Assembly (NCBI GenBank): GCA_032249135.1 | Contig: JAVVGL010000005.1 | Location: 1 to 64,000 of the forward strand | Direction of reading: 5' to 3' | DNA: 64,000 nucleotides | From: Candidatus Calescibacterium sp. | GTDB lineage: Bacteria; Calescibacteriota; Calescibacteriia; Calescibacteriales; Calescibacteriaceae | In this document: positions 21,268 through 31,195 of the stretch, in pieces | Position numbering within the stretch: position 1 is the stretch's first letter | Layout: each line of letters starts with the position of its first letter | Made by a program: the position numbers and the translations under genes | The notes under the pieces: model-generated | Told to the model about the DNA's origin: nothing | What the model saw: only the letters and a program-made list of their open reading frames with translations | Databases searched by the model: none

Positions 21268-21645
21268 TTGAGGTTCAGAAGATTTCGGCTTCGGCTGAGA
21301 AAAAATATAGAAAGGGTTCTAAAAAATGGAATATTACTCAAACACAAGGACCTTTCATATTTTTCTATAAAAGTTTTAGAGAATGAGTCTATAAACATAG
21401 GTTATCCGAGGTTTACGGTTATTGTCCCTAAAAAATCGGTGAAAAAAGCTGTGAGGAGAAACAGAATAAAAAGAATTATAAGAGAAGCTATGAGGGAGCT
21501 GATAGCAGAAAACAAAATTCCAAATTTAGATATAGTTATCTTGGTAAGAGAAGATATATCATCTAAGAAATCTTATGAGGTCAGAGATGAAATTGAAAAA
21601 ATCTTTCAAAAATATCAGGATATATTAGCTTCAAAACGAGGTTAA
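21268..21645 (+). CDS. rnpA: Ribonuclease P protein component
   Basis: RNR motif KKAVRRNRIKRIIRE; PRFTVIVPKK; DIVILVR. Confidence 0.92.
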   Translation: MRFRRFRLRLRKNIERVLKNGILLKHKDLSYFSIKVLENESINIGYPRFTVIVPKKSVKKAVRRNRIKRIIREAMRELIAENKIPNLDIVILVREDISSKKSYEVRDEIEKIFQKYQDILASKRG

Positions 21646-22384
21646 ATAAAACTCCAAAAAATATAAAGGGTACAAAAGGAATTGGTTCTTTTTTTCGTGT
21701 GATTGCACTCAAAATTAGTCCAACTATCCCACCAAAAAATGAAGAGATAATAATACAAAGTAATGTTCCCCAAAAGCCAAAATACACTCCAACTGGAATC
21801 ATAAATAAAACATCTCCCTCGCCAAGTCCTTCTTTTTTTCTTATAAGGCTATAAATTATTCTTACAATAAAAAATGTTCCAGCTCCAAGAGCAACTCCCA
21901 AGAAAGAATCTAAAAGAGAGAGTTTTGTGTCAGGTGAATCAAAAATTCTTACAAAGACGGAAGAAATAAACGACACAAAAATTAGAACGGTTGGAACGGC
22001 GAGATAAATTATATCTGATATGGCAGAAAACAAAAAAGCCCAAAGGAAAAAGAAGTTGGGGAAAAATAAAAAAAATGATGACGAAGAAATATGCAAAGCA
22101 AAAACTCCCAAGATTGCCGAAATAAGTTCTCCAAAAAAATAGCTATAAGGTATGCTTGATTTACACTTTGAACACTTACCTCGGAGGATAATAAAACTTA
22201 AAATAGGAATTTTTTCATACCACAAAAGAGGAGCCTTGCACTTTGGACAGAAAGACGAGGGAGCTAAAATTGAAATTCCTTTCGGTATCCTATAAATCAG
22301 GGTATTTCCGAATGATCCAAAAGATGCTCCCCATATGAAAGAAAATAACGAAATAAGAATACTCACGTTTTCCAAAGCTTTCAA
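21581..22384 (-). CDS. pilD: Prepilin peptidase (A24)
   Basis: GSFGNTLIYRIP, SFCPKC, GKCSKC, GLGEGDV, IPFVPFI. Confidence 0.93.
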   Translation of the reverse strand: MKALENVSILISLFSFIWGASFGSFGNTLIYRIPKGISILAPSSFCPKCKAPLLWYEKIPILSFIILRGKCSKCKSSIPYSYFFGELISAILGVFALHISSSSFFLFFPNFFFLWAFLFSAISDIIYLAVPTVLIFVSFISSVFVRIFDSPDTKLSLLDSFLGVALGAGTFFIVRIIYSLIRKKEGLGEGDVLFMIPVGVYFGFWGTLLCIIISSFFGGIVGLILSAITRKKEPIPFVPFIFFGVLFNLVLKLIYPDIFERFFQFHL

Positions 22385-22482
22385 CAGTTAAAAATCTATA
22401 TAAGATAAAAAATAAACTTTATACAAGCAAAAAAATGAGAACAAAAATTAAAATTAAAAGGATGGGCTAAATTGGAGAGAAT

Positions 22483-22977
22483 ATGATATACTTTATATCA
22501 CTTGGAAGTAATGAGGAGCCAAGATTATGGTTCTTGAAAAAAGCAGTTGAGCTTATATCTGAAATTTGCTATATAGAAAAAATTTCACCTGTTTATGAAA
22601 GCGAATCTTGGGGATTTGCTGGTTATCCGTTCTTGAATATTTGTGCAAAAGTAAGAACAGATCTTCCTCCAAAATCTCTATTTATGTTTTTCAAGAGAAT
22701 TGAAGCATTGCTCGGCAGAAAACAAACTTTCCTGTTATCAGGATTTTCAGATCGTCCAATAGACATAGATATAATATTCTGGGAAGGAGGATTCTATGAG
22801 GATGAAACAATAACGATCCCCCATCCACTTGCTCATAAAAGAAAGTTTGTCCTTATCCCCATAATTGAGATGGGCGAAGATATAATTCATCCGACATTCT
22901 CAAAAAGATTATCTGAAATTCTTCAAGAAATAGATGATGATAGTTGGATAATTAAGTTGATGGAGAAAATATTTTAA
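22483..22977 (+). CDS. folK: 2-amino-4-hydroxy-6-hydroxymethyldihydropteridine diphosphokinase
   Basis: SLGSN, SPVYES, FLN, RPIDIDII, IPHP...RKFVLIP. Confidence 0.95.
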   Translation: MIYFISLGSNEEPRLWFLKKAVELISEICYIEKISPVYESESWGFAGYPFLNICAKVRTDLPPKSLFMFFKRIEALLGRKQTFLLSGFSDRPIDIDIIFWEGGFYEDETITIPHPLAHKRKFVLIPIIEMGEDIIHPTFSKRLSEILQEIDDDSWIIKLMEKIF

Positions 22978-22991
22978 GAGGGAGGGAAAAA

Positions 22992-23747
22992 ATGTCCTGG
23001 AAGAAAATAGCCATAATATCTGATATCCACTCAAATTTAGAGGCTTTGGAATCTGTTTTGAGAAAAATAGAAGAAGAGAAACCAGACAAGATAATATGCC
23101 TCGGAGATGTGGTAGGGTATGGGGCGGATCCGGATATGTGCTGTGAACTTATAAGAAAGTATTGTGATATAACTTTACTTGGGAATCATGATGCGGCGGT
23201 AGCGGAAATAATTTCAGACGATTACTTTACAGAGCACGCAAGGGAAGCGATAAATTGGACGAGAAAAGTTATGAAAGAGGAAAATATAGAGTGGCTCAGA
23301 ACTTTACCTCTTACATATCAAGAAGATGCATTTTTCTTCTCTCACGGGGCACCCTATTCACCAGAAGATTTTATTTACCTTGTGACTCGGGATGCAGTTA
23401 TGTGGTCTCTCAAATTTCTTGAAGCTAATGGTTTCAAAGCAAGTTTTTCGGGGCATGCTCACATAACATATGTGTTCGGAATAAAAAAAGATGAAAATCA
23501 AAAAAGTAAAGAATTCGTTTCAGCTCCGCAAGAACTTAACATAAACGATTTTGAGGTGATAGCGATAAATGTGGGTAGTGTAGGACAACCACGAGATGCA
23601 AATCCGAAATCAGCTTTTGGAGTACTTGAAATTGACGGAACTTATAGGGTGATAAGAGTTCAATACGATATAGAGAAAGCTTCAAGAAAAATCATAAATG
23701 CTGGCTTACCCCAAATACTTTCTTCAAGATTATTCATAGGGAGGTAA
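22992..23747 (+). CDS. Metallophosphoesterase (calcineurin-like)
   Basis: SDIHSN, GDVVGYG, GNHD, HG, GHAH, NVGSVGQPRD. Confidence 0.93.
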   Translation: MSWKKIAIISDIHSNLEALESVLRKIEEEKPDKIICLGDVVGYGADPDMCCELIRKYCDITLLGNHDAAVAEIISDDYFTEHAREAINWTRKVMKEENIEWLRTLPLTYQEDAFFFSHGAPYSPEDFIYLVTRDAVMWSLKFLEANGFKASFSGHAHITYVFGIKKDENQKSKEFVSAPQELNINDFEVIAINVGSVGQPRDANPKSAFGVLEIDGTYRVIRVQYDIEKASRKIINAGLPQILSSRLFIGR

Positions 23748-23753
23748 AGGGAT

Positions 23754-24332
23754 ATGGTTGATATTGAAGAAGTGTTCAGGAGAGCAATTCAGGAAAGCTC
23801 ATCAGTTATATTAGATGTTGTTGCAGAAATACCTAAAATAAAGAAAGTATGTGAGATTCTGATAGAAAGGTTTGAAGATGGTGGGAAAGTTCTTATTTTT
23901 GGGAATGGAGGGAGCGCAGCCGACTCTCAACATTTTGCAGCTGAGCTTGTTGGAAAATTCAGAACATCAACGAGAAAACCTCTCCCTGCGATAGCTCTGA
24001 CTACTGATACATCAGCTCTTACAGCAATTTCAAACGATTGGGAATTCCCGTATGTATTTGAGAGGCAAATAGAAGCTCTCGGGAAAAGGGGAGATGTAGC
24101 TTTCGGAATATCAACTTCTGGAAGATCAATAAACGTTCTTCGTGCACTTAAAAAAGCAAAGGAAATCGGACTTATAACTATCTCGCTTTCAGGAAAATAT
24201 AAGGATGAAATGGAAAAATTTTCTGATATAGTGATATCAGTAAATTCGCAAGATACTCAAAGAATACAAGAAGCTCACTCTCTTATAATCCATCTTATAT
24301 GTGAGGGAATAGAAATTATGCTAACAAAATAA
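23754..24332 (+). CDS. gmhA: Phosphoheptose isomerase
   Basis: GNGGSAADSQHFAAEL, TAISND, ISTSG, RIQEAH. Confidence 0.95.
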   Translation: MVDIEEVFRRAIQESSSVILDVVAEIPKIKKVCEILIERFEDGGKVLIFGNGGSAADSQHFAAELVGKFRTSTRKPLPAIALTTDTSALTAISNDWEFPYVFERQIEALGKRGDVAFGISTSGRSINVLRALKKAKEIGLITISLSGKYKDEMEKFSDIVISVNSQDTQRIQEAHSLIIHLICEGIEIMLTK

Positions 24333-24443
24333 AAATCATTTTACAAGATACACCTAAGCAGAAACAAAAAATAAACAGAAAAGCTGAATCAAAGTATAAA
24401 TAAATAAAAACAAAAGTTAGTTGAAATTGTATAATTTTTTAAT

Positions 24444-25190
24444 ATGGGAAGAAGGAGTCAAGGAATAAAGGTCATAAACAAAGATATAAGAAAATTAGTT
24501 GAAGAAAATCTGCATATAGTTGAAGCAGTTGTAAGAAAGATAGCCCCAAATCTACCACATGGTGTTGCAAGGGAGGAGATAGTATCAGAGGGAATAATGG
24601 GATTGATAGAAGCAGCACAGAAATTTGATAGCAAAAGGGGGGTAAAATTTGAAAAATGGGCAGAAATAAGAGTGAGAGGAGCTATAATAGATTACCTTCG
24701 GAGGACAGATATTATATCAAGACCTTCAAGGTTGATCATAAAACAAATAGCAAAGACAATAAAAGAATTGCAGAATAAACTTGGAAGAGAACCAGAAGAC
24801 GAAGAAGTTGCAAAAGAACTTGGTATGACGCTTGATGAGTACAGAGCAGAGCTTGAAAAAATAAGTTGTTTATCAATTTTATCTCTTGATGAGGTAATAT
24901 TTGATCCAGAGTCAAAAGAAGGGAAAAAATTATATGAAATGATAACAGATGAACACATCAGCGACCCTATGAACTTTGCCGTTAACTCAAATCTAAGGGA
25001 GATTATAGAGCAAGCTCTTGAAAAGTTGGATGATAAGGAGAGAGAGGTGATAAAAATGTATTATCTTGATGGTTTTCATATGAAGGAAATCTCAAAAAAG
25101 TTGAAAGTGAGTGAATCCCGAATTTCTCAGATACATTCAAAAGCAATATTGAAGCTCAGAGCGGAGCTTGAGGGGAAAATAAATATCTGA
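24444..25190 (+). CDS. fliA: RNA polymerase sigma factor FliA/WhiG (sigma-28)
   Basis: GLIEAA.KFD..RGVKF, RVRGAIIDYLR, LGREP, VSESRISQIHSKA. Confidence 0.9.
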   Translation: MGRRSQGIKVINKDIRKLVEENLHIVEAVVRKIAPNLPHGVAREEIVSEGIMGLIEAAQKFDSKRGVKFEKWAEIRVRGAIIDYLRRTDIISRPSRLIIKQIAKTIKELQNKLGREPEDEEVAKELGMTLDEYRAELEKISCLSILSLDEVIFDPESKEGKKLYEMITDEHISDPMNFAVNSNLREIIEQALEKLDDKEREVIKMYYLDGFHMKEISKKLKVSESRISQIHSKAILKLRAELEGKINI

Positions 25191-25205
25191 ATTTTCAAGT
25201 CACAT

Positions 25206-25727
25206 ATGCCAAAATCACATACTCACGAAAAATGGGCGCTTTTGTTCGCTATGCCTCTATCTTATATTTACTTCAAATTATCGGGAAACCTTATGTCATC
25301 AATCATATTTTTTGTCTCATTTATATTTGGAGTTTTTATGCTATCTCCAGACCTTGATACCAAATCCAAAAGCTATTCAAGATGGGGGTTTCTGAGATTT
25401 ATATGGCTACCATATAGGAAAATAATGAAACATAGAAGCATTTTTTCACATCTACCTTTTGTTGGTACGCTTATAAGGACTTCTTACCTTGTTATATCAA
25501 TTACACTTATAGTATGCTTGATTACATATATTATGCTTTTCATCCTCGGAATAAAAACTCATCAGAACATATTTTTGGTGATGAAAAACTCATTTGTAAT
25601 GACATTTAAGGTAATATTACAGATAAAAAGAGATTATATAATAGCTGCAATTTTAGGTATATCAATGGGGGACCTGATACACTATATCCTTGATGTCTTT
25701 GCATCTTATCTCAAAAACCAAAGTTAA
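25206..25727 (+). CDS. DUF2227-like putative metal-binding membrane protein
   Basis: MP.SHTH, LSPDLD, RWG.LRFIWLPY, HRS.FSH, HYILD. Confidence 0.8.
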   Translation: MPKSHTHEKWALLFAMPLSYIYFKLSGNLMSSIIFFVSFIFGVFMLSPDLDTKSKSYSRWGFLRFIWLPYRKIMKHRSIFSHLPFVGTLIRTSYLVISITLIVCLITYIMLFILGIKTHQNIFLVMKNSFVMTFKVILQIKRDYIIAAILGISMGDLIHYILDVFASYLKNQS

Positions 25728-25857
25728 ATTCACTCGTCCCTACTCAATATATAAGTGCGAAGTAATCTTGAACAAATTTTCATCCTTGTATTTCAGAGAA
25801 AATGAAAAATAACAAGAAAAAATGAATAGGGCTCAAAATAAATATTACTTTTTTTTT

Positions 25858-26991
25858 GTGTTGAGATTTTTGACAGCAGGTGAATCACACGGGAAAGGTA
25901 TATTTGTTTTAGTAGATGGTTTTCCTGCCGGGCTTGAAATTGATTTGGATTATATAAATCACCTTTTAAAACTCAGACAAGGTGGATATGGACGCGGTGG
26001 AAGACAGAAAATAGAAAAAGACGAAGTTCAAATACTCTCGGGGGTAAGAAAAGGAATAACGATGGGTAGTCCGATTCTTATGGCAGTCTTTAACAAAGAC
26101 GAAAGAGAAATAAAAGAAAGTTATGTTCCCCGCCCGGGACATAGCGACCTTGCGGGTGCCTTCAAATATGGCATAAAAGATACAAGATATATTTCCGAAA
26201 GAGCCTCTGCAAGAGAAACAGCAGGTAGGGTTGCGGCAGGAGCTCTATGTGAGCTTTTGCTTAAAAAGTTTGGAATAAAAATTATCTCGTTCGTTACAGA
26301 AATAGGAGGAATACAAGCGAAATATCCTGAGGATTTTGATTTTGATGAAATGCAAAAGAAAATAGAAAACTCCCTACTTTATACTCCCGATGAAGAAGCA
26401 GAAAAACTTATGATAGAGAAAATAGAAGTTGCTCGTAGAAAGAAAGATACTTTAGGGGGTGTTTTTGAAGTAAGAGTAAGGGGAGTTCCTCCCGGACTTG
26501 GCTCTCATGCTCAATGGGATAGAAAGTTAGATGGTCGCATAGCACAAGCATTAATGAGCATACAAGCTATAAAGGGAGTTGAAATAGGAATAGGTTTTGA
26601 AGCGGCAAGAAGGTTCGGCTCTGAAGTTCACGATGAAATAATCCTTGAAGGTGGTAAAATAAAAAGAAAAACAAATAGAGCTGGTGGAATAGAAGGGGGA
26701 ATGTCAAATGGCAATGATATTATAGTCAGAGCTGCGATGAAACCAATTTCAACTTTGTATGCTCCCTTGATGTCCGTCAATTTAAAAGAGATGAAGGAAG
26801 AGCCTGCACTGGTTGATAGGTCAGATATATGCGCAGTTCCAGCGGCCGCAATAGTCGGACGAGCTGCGGTTGCAATAGAGATAGCCAGAGCTTTCCTTGA
26901 AAAATTCGGTGGAGACTCAATAGAAGAAATATCTCAAAACTTTGCAAACTATCTCAAAAGAATAGAAAATCCTCAACAATTTTTGGGGTAA
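25858..26991 (+). CDS. aroC: Chorismate synthase (start likely GTG 25858 or TTG 25861)
   Basis: LRFLTAGESHG, RPGHSDL, ERASARETA, GGIEGGMSNG, MKPISTL. Confidence 0.97.
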   Translation: MLRFLTAGESHGKGIFVLVDGFPAGLEIDLDYINHLLKLRQGGYGRGGRQKIEKDEVQILSGVRKGITMGSPILMAVFNKDEREIKESYVPRPGHSDLAGAFKYGIKDTRYISERASARETAGRVAAGALCELLLKKFGIKIISFVTEIGGIQAKYPEDFDFDEMQKKIENSLLYTPDEEAEKLMIEKIEVARRKKDTLGGVFEVRVRGVPPGLGSHAQWDRKLDGRIAQALMSIQAIKGVEIGIGFEAARRFGSEVHDEIILEGGKIKRKTNRAGGIEGGMSNGNDIIVRAAMKPISTLYAPLMSVNLKEMKEEPALVDRSDICAVPAAAIVGRAAVAIEIARAFLEKFGGDSIEEISQNFANYLKRIENPQQFLG

Positions 26992-26998
26992 AAGATAA

Positions 26999-27992
26999 AT
27001 GCTGCAAAACATTTCAATAAAAAATTTCAAGTCAATCAAAGATTTAGAATTCAAAGCAAAAAGAATAAACTTGTTCATAGGAAAACCGAACACAGGAAAA
27101 TCTAACATCCTTGAAGCATTAGGAATATTTATGTTCAGTTTTCTATCGCGAGAATTCTTGAGCGAAAAATTAAAAATCCTTGTAAGATTAGAAAGAGCAA
27201 TAGATTTATTCTTTAATAATCAAGTTCATCATGAAATTGAAGTCAAAGCAGATAATTGCATCTGGAAAGCTACCGTATCAGGGAATCGCGTTTACATATA
27301 TGGACAAAAATCACGGGAAGATATTTTTGGATATACATTAGATATGAGTTGCAATTTCTTGGATGGCAGGATTAGGTATATTCTCATCCGGCGCTCCTTT
27401 TAATTTCAGATTTTATAGGTTCAAAATATTAGATAGTTTTCCAAGAGCTTTTGGTAATTATCTTTTACCACCAGATGGAGAGAATTTGCTTTACATCTTA
27501 GAAACTAACGAAAAGATTTATAACTTGGTTAATAATTTGCTTGAAGAATATGGATGGCAATTAGTGTTGGAAAGAGCTGAATCAAAAATAAAAGTCTTGA
27601 ATAGAAATTTTCCTAAACCAATTCTTCTTCCATATTCGTCTATATCGGATACATTTCAGAGAACAATATTTTATCTTACTGCTATAAGAAGTAATAAAGA
27701 TGCAGTTATTATTTTTAAAGAACCGGAGGCTCATGCTTTTCCATATTATACGAAAACGCTCACAGAAGCAATAGCATTAGATGACTCTGGAAATCAATTC
27801 TTTATATCAACACACAATAAATATTTTCTCTATTCCATATTGGAAAAAGCTCCGAAAACCGATGTAGCAATTTTTGTCGTATTTCTTGAAAATTACCAGA
27901 CAAAACTCAAAGAATTGAATGAACAAGAAAAACAAATGATTTTAGAAGATGTTCAAGATATATTTTTCAACATTGAAAAATTTGAAAGGTAA
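26999..27992 (+). pseudogene. ABC-type/AAA ATPase (AAA_15/AAA_21-like), frameshifted
   Basis: Walker A GKPNTGKS in 26999..27403. Signature ISDT and Walker B IIFKEPEAH plus ISTHN in 27363..27992 (+1 frame). Acidic Walker B residue is replaced by Lys. Confidence 0.8.
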
Positions 27993-28010
27993 GAAAAGAT
28001 AAAAACACAA

Positions 28011-28469
28011 ATGATATATGTGGAATGCAAACCTGATAAAACACTCGTTGTTGTTTTGACAAACAAAACTCCAGATGAAATTTTTCATTTTGGAGGAAAA
28101 TCAGAAATATTCAGAAGAATGCAGAGGGAAAGAAATGTTATAGGTATTGTTGATGAGGATCCATCGGCTCCCATACATCCGTACATTAGAAATTTGAATT
28201 TAGAGGACCAAAAATATTCTTTAAAACTTTATTTTGATAAAATCAGAGAAAACAAATTAATAGTTATATATCCAAGATTAGAAGAGTGGGTTTTAGAAAT
28301 AGCAAAGCAAGAAAATATAAATTTATCCGACTTTAATCTTCCAGATAATCCTAGCGAATTTCACAGCACTGTAAATTTCAATATAACAAACTTTCAAAAA
28401 CTTCTACACAAGTTGAAAGAAACAGAAAATAAAAGACTGTTAGCCCTAAAAGAATTTATCTTAAAGTAA
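28011..28469 (+). CDS. Stand-alone TOPRIM-like protein, partner of the upstream ATPase
   Basis: IYVECKPD (conserved Glu), GGKSE, IGIVDEDP (DxD), PRLEEW. Confidence 0.65.
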   Translation: MIYVECKPDKTLVVVLTNKTPDEIFHFGGKSEIFRRMQRERNVIGIVDEDPSAPIHPYIRNLNLEDQKYSLKLYFDKIRENKLIVIYPRLEEWVLEIAKQENINLSDFNLPDNPSEFHSTVNFNITNFQKLLHKLKETENKRLLALKEFILK

Positions 28470-28621
28470 ATTTCCAATTCAGGAAATTAAAGTTTTGAAC
28501 AAATATCTTGATCTCAAATTCAATCGGGTAAAAAACGGATTTTTTAGAAATTCACCTAAAAAAGACTAAACATAAAAATTCTGATTGATTTTATACTAAC
28601 AATAAAACGGGAGAAACGATC

Positions 28622-30652
28622 GTGGACAGGAAAGAAAAAGAGCTTTTGCAACTTGTAGCTCATACAATAAGGGTTATCTCTGCTGAAATGGTGGAAAATG
28701 CAAAGTCAGGTCATCCCGGAGCTCCTATGGGGCTTGCGGAGATAGCAGCAGTGCTCTGGGGGAAAATACTAAAAGTGATCCCTGATGATCCAACATGGAA
28801 AAACAGAGATAGGTTTATCTTATCGGCAGGACACGCTTCTGCTATGCTCTACACAGTTTTACACCTTATGGGATTTGACATAAAAATTGAAGATCTGAAA
28901 AATTTCAGAATGTGGGGAAGCATAACTCCCGGGCATCCAGAGTTTTCTCCAGAACATGGAATAGAAGCTACCACGGGACCTTTAGGACAAGGTTTTGCGA
29001 TGGGAGTCGGAATGGCAATAGCACAAAGAAAACTTATGGATATCTTCAATAAACCCGGATATAACATTATAGACCACTTTATTTTCGCAATTGTAAGTGA
29101 TGGAGATATAATGGAAGGAATCTCTCAAGAAGCTGCTTCACTTGCTGGACACCTCGGCCTCGGTAGAATCATTTACATCTACGATAGCAACAAAATTACA
29201 ATAGACGGCTCCACATCTTTGACTTTATCCGAAGATGTAAGAAAAAAATTTGAAAGCATGGGATGGCATACATTAGAAATAGACGGAGAAGACCTTGAAG
29301 CAATTGAACATGCAATTGAAGAAGCAAAAAAAGTAGAAGATAAACCATCTCTTATAGTAGCTCATACGAAAATAGGTAGGTTCAGCCCGACAAAAGAAGG
29401 AAGTCCAAAAGTACATGGCGCTCCGCTTGGTCCAGAAGAGCTTGAAGGATTAAAAAAGAACATAGGATGGAAATATAGACCTTTTGAGGTCCCACAAGAA
29501 GTTTATAAATTCTTTGAAGAAAGAAGAAAAGTTTTAAAAAGCGAATACGAAAAGTGGGTAAAAAAATTTGAAGAGTATAAGAATAAGTTCAAAGACCTTG
29601 CAGAAATGTGGGAAAAATTTTTCTCTCTTTACATACCAGATGACCTTGAAAAACATTTCCCAAAATATGAAAAAGGGAAGGAGATTGCAACGAGAAATGC
29701 ATCAGAAGATACTATTCAGATACTTGCAGAAAAAATACCTAATTTGATAGGAGGTTCAGCAGATCTTGCTGAATCTGTAAAAACAACAATATTGAAGTCA
29801 AAACCTATATCACGAAACGATTTTTCAGGAAGGAACATATATTTTGGAGTGAGAGAGCACGCGATGGGTGGAATTTTGAACGGTATAGCTTTATATGGTG
29901 GTTTAATTCCTTTTGGCGGAACTTTCCTTGTTTTCAGCGATTATATGCGACCTTCTATAAGGATTGCTGCTCTTATGAAAACAAAAGTTATTTATGTTTT
30001 CTCACACGATAGCATTTTTGTAGGAGAAGATGGACCAACTCATCAGCCGGTAGAACATCTTGCATCTTTGCGAGCAATTCCAAATCTTGTAGTTATAAGA
30101 CCGGCAGATGCTAATGAGGTACCATACGCATGGGAAATGGCGCTAAAAGAAAAAAGACCAGTAGCACTGATTCTAACTCGTCAAGGAGTTCCTGTAATAG
30201 ACAGAGAAAAATATGCCCCACCACACCTTATAAGAAAAGGGGGATACATCATAGCAGATTGTAAAAATCCAGATGTCATAATATTTGCAACCGGTTCAGA
30301 AGTCCCATTAGCCTTAGAGGTTCGTGAATTTCTTGAAGAAAAGGGGATAAGTTCTCGCGTTATAAATCTTGCAAGCTGGGAAATTTTTGAAGAACAAGAC
30401 GAAAACTACAAAAAGGAAGTTTTAGGGGATGAAGAAAATGCACTCAGGGTAGTTATAGAGGCAGCAAGTCCATTCGGTTGGGCAAAATATGTAGGCAGAG
30501 ATGGCATTTTCATATGTGTTGAAACTTTTGGAGCATCAGCTCCCTACAAAGTTATAAAAGAAAAATTTGGTTTCACAAAAGAAAAGATTGCAGAAAAAAT
30601 AATCCAAAAACTAAATGAAAAAATAAATCGAAAAATCATGGTAAAAAACTAA
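28622..30652 (+). CDS. tkt: Transketolase
   Basis: SGHPG, RDRFILSAGHAS, TGPLGQG, SDGDIMEG, GVREHAM, GEDGPTHQP. Confidence 0.98.
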   Translation: MDRKEKELLQLVAHTIRVISAEMVENAKSGHPGAPMGLAEIAAVLWGKILKVIPDDPTWKNRDRFILSAGHASAMLYTVLHLMGFDIKIEDLKNFRMWGSITPGHPEFSPEHGIEATTGPLGQGFAMGVGMAIAQRKLMDIFNKPGYNIIDHFIFAIVSDGDIMEGISQEAASLAGHLGLGRIIYIYDSNKITIDGSTSLTLSEDVRKKFESMGWHTLEIDGEDLEAIEHAIEEAKKVEDKPSLIVAHTKIGRFSPTKEGSPKVHGAPLGPEELEGLKKNIGWKYRPFEVPQEVYKFFEERRKVLKSEYEKWVKKFEEYKNKFKDLAEMWEKFFSLYIPDDLEKHFPKYEKGKEIATRNASEDTIQILAEKIPNLIGGSADLAESVKTTILKSKPISRNDFSGRNIYFGVREHAMGGILNGIALYGGLIPFGGTFLVFSDYMRPSIRIAALMKTKVIYVFSHDSIFVGEDGPTHQPVEHLASLRAIPNLVVIRPADANEVPYAWEMALKEKRPVALILTRQGVPVIDREKYAPPHLIRKGGYIIADCKNPDVIIFATGSEVPLALEVREFLEEKGISSRVINLASWEIFEEQDENYKKEVLGDEENALRVVIEAASPFGWAKYVGRDGIFICVETFGASAPYKVIKEKFGFTKEKIAEKIIQKLNEKINRKIMVKN

Positions 30653-30663
30653 TCGGAAAGTAA

Positions 30664-31185
30664 ATGAAAGGGAGTGCAAAAAGCAAAAATGAAGTAGGTA
30701 ATTTATCACTCAATTTTAGAGTCGGATTAGGTTTTGATATACATAAATTCTCACAAGACAGAAGAAGGAAACTTATTTTAGGTCAGGTGAAAATAAATCA
30801 TGTTGGACTTGAAGGAGCATCAGATGCCGATGTGCTTTTGCATGCAATATGTGATGCAATTTTAGGAGCAACCATAGGAAAAGATATAGGAACTTTCTTT
30901 CCGCCTGAGAAGTCAAAAGGGATAAGCTCAAAAGAAATAGCTCAAAAAGTAATGAAAATGATTGAAGGTAATTTCAAAATCATAAACATAGATGGAGTGA
31001 TAATAGCAGAAAAACCAAAACTTTCGCCTTTTATACCAAAGATGATCAAAAACATAAAAAAAATTTTCAGGTGTGATGTCAATATCAAGGCAAAAAATCC
31101 AGAAGGTGTTGGGAATTTAAATGATGGAATAGCTTCAATTGCAACATGCCTTGTAGAAAAAATAAGTAATAAAAACAAAAAATAG
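30664..31185 (+). CDS. ispF: 2-C-methyl-D-erythritol 2,4-cyclodiphosphate synthase
   Basis: RVGLGFDIH, SDADVLLHAICDAILGA, DIGTFFP, NIKA. Confidence 0.93.
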   Translation: MKGSAKSKNEVGNLSLNFRVGLGFDIHKFSQDRRRKLILGQVKINHVGLEGASDADVLLHAICDAILGATIGKDIGTFFPPEKSKGISSKEIAQKVMKMIEGNFKIINIDGVIIAEKPKLSPFIPKMIKNIKKIFRCDVNIKAKNPEGVGNLNDGIASIATCLVEKISNKNKK

Positions 31186-31195
31186 TTTCTGAAAA

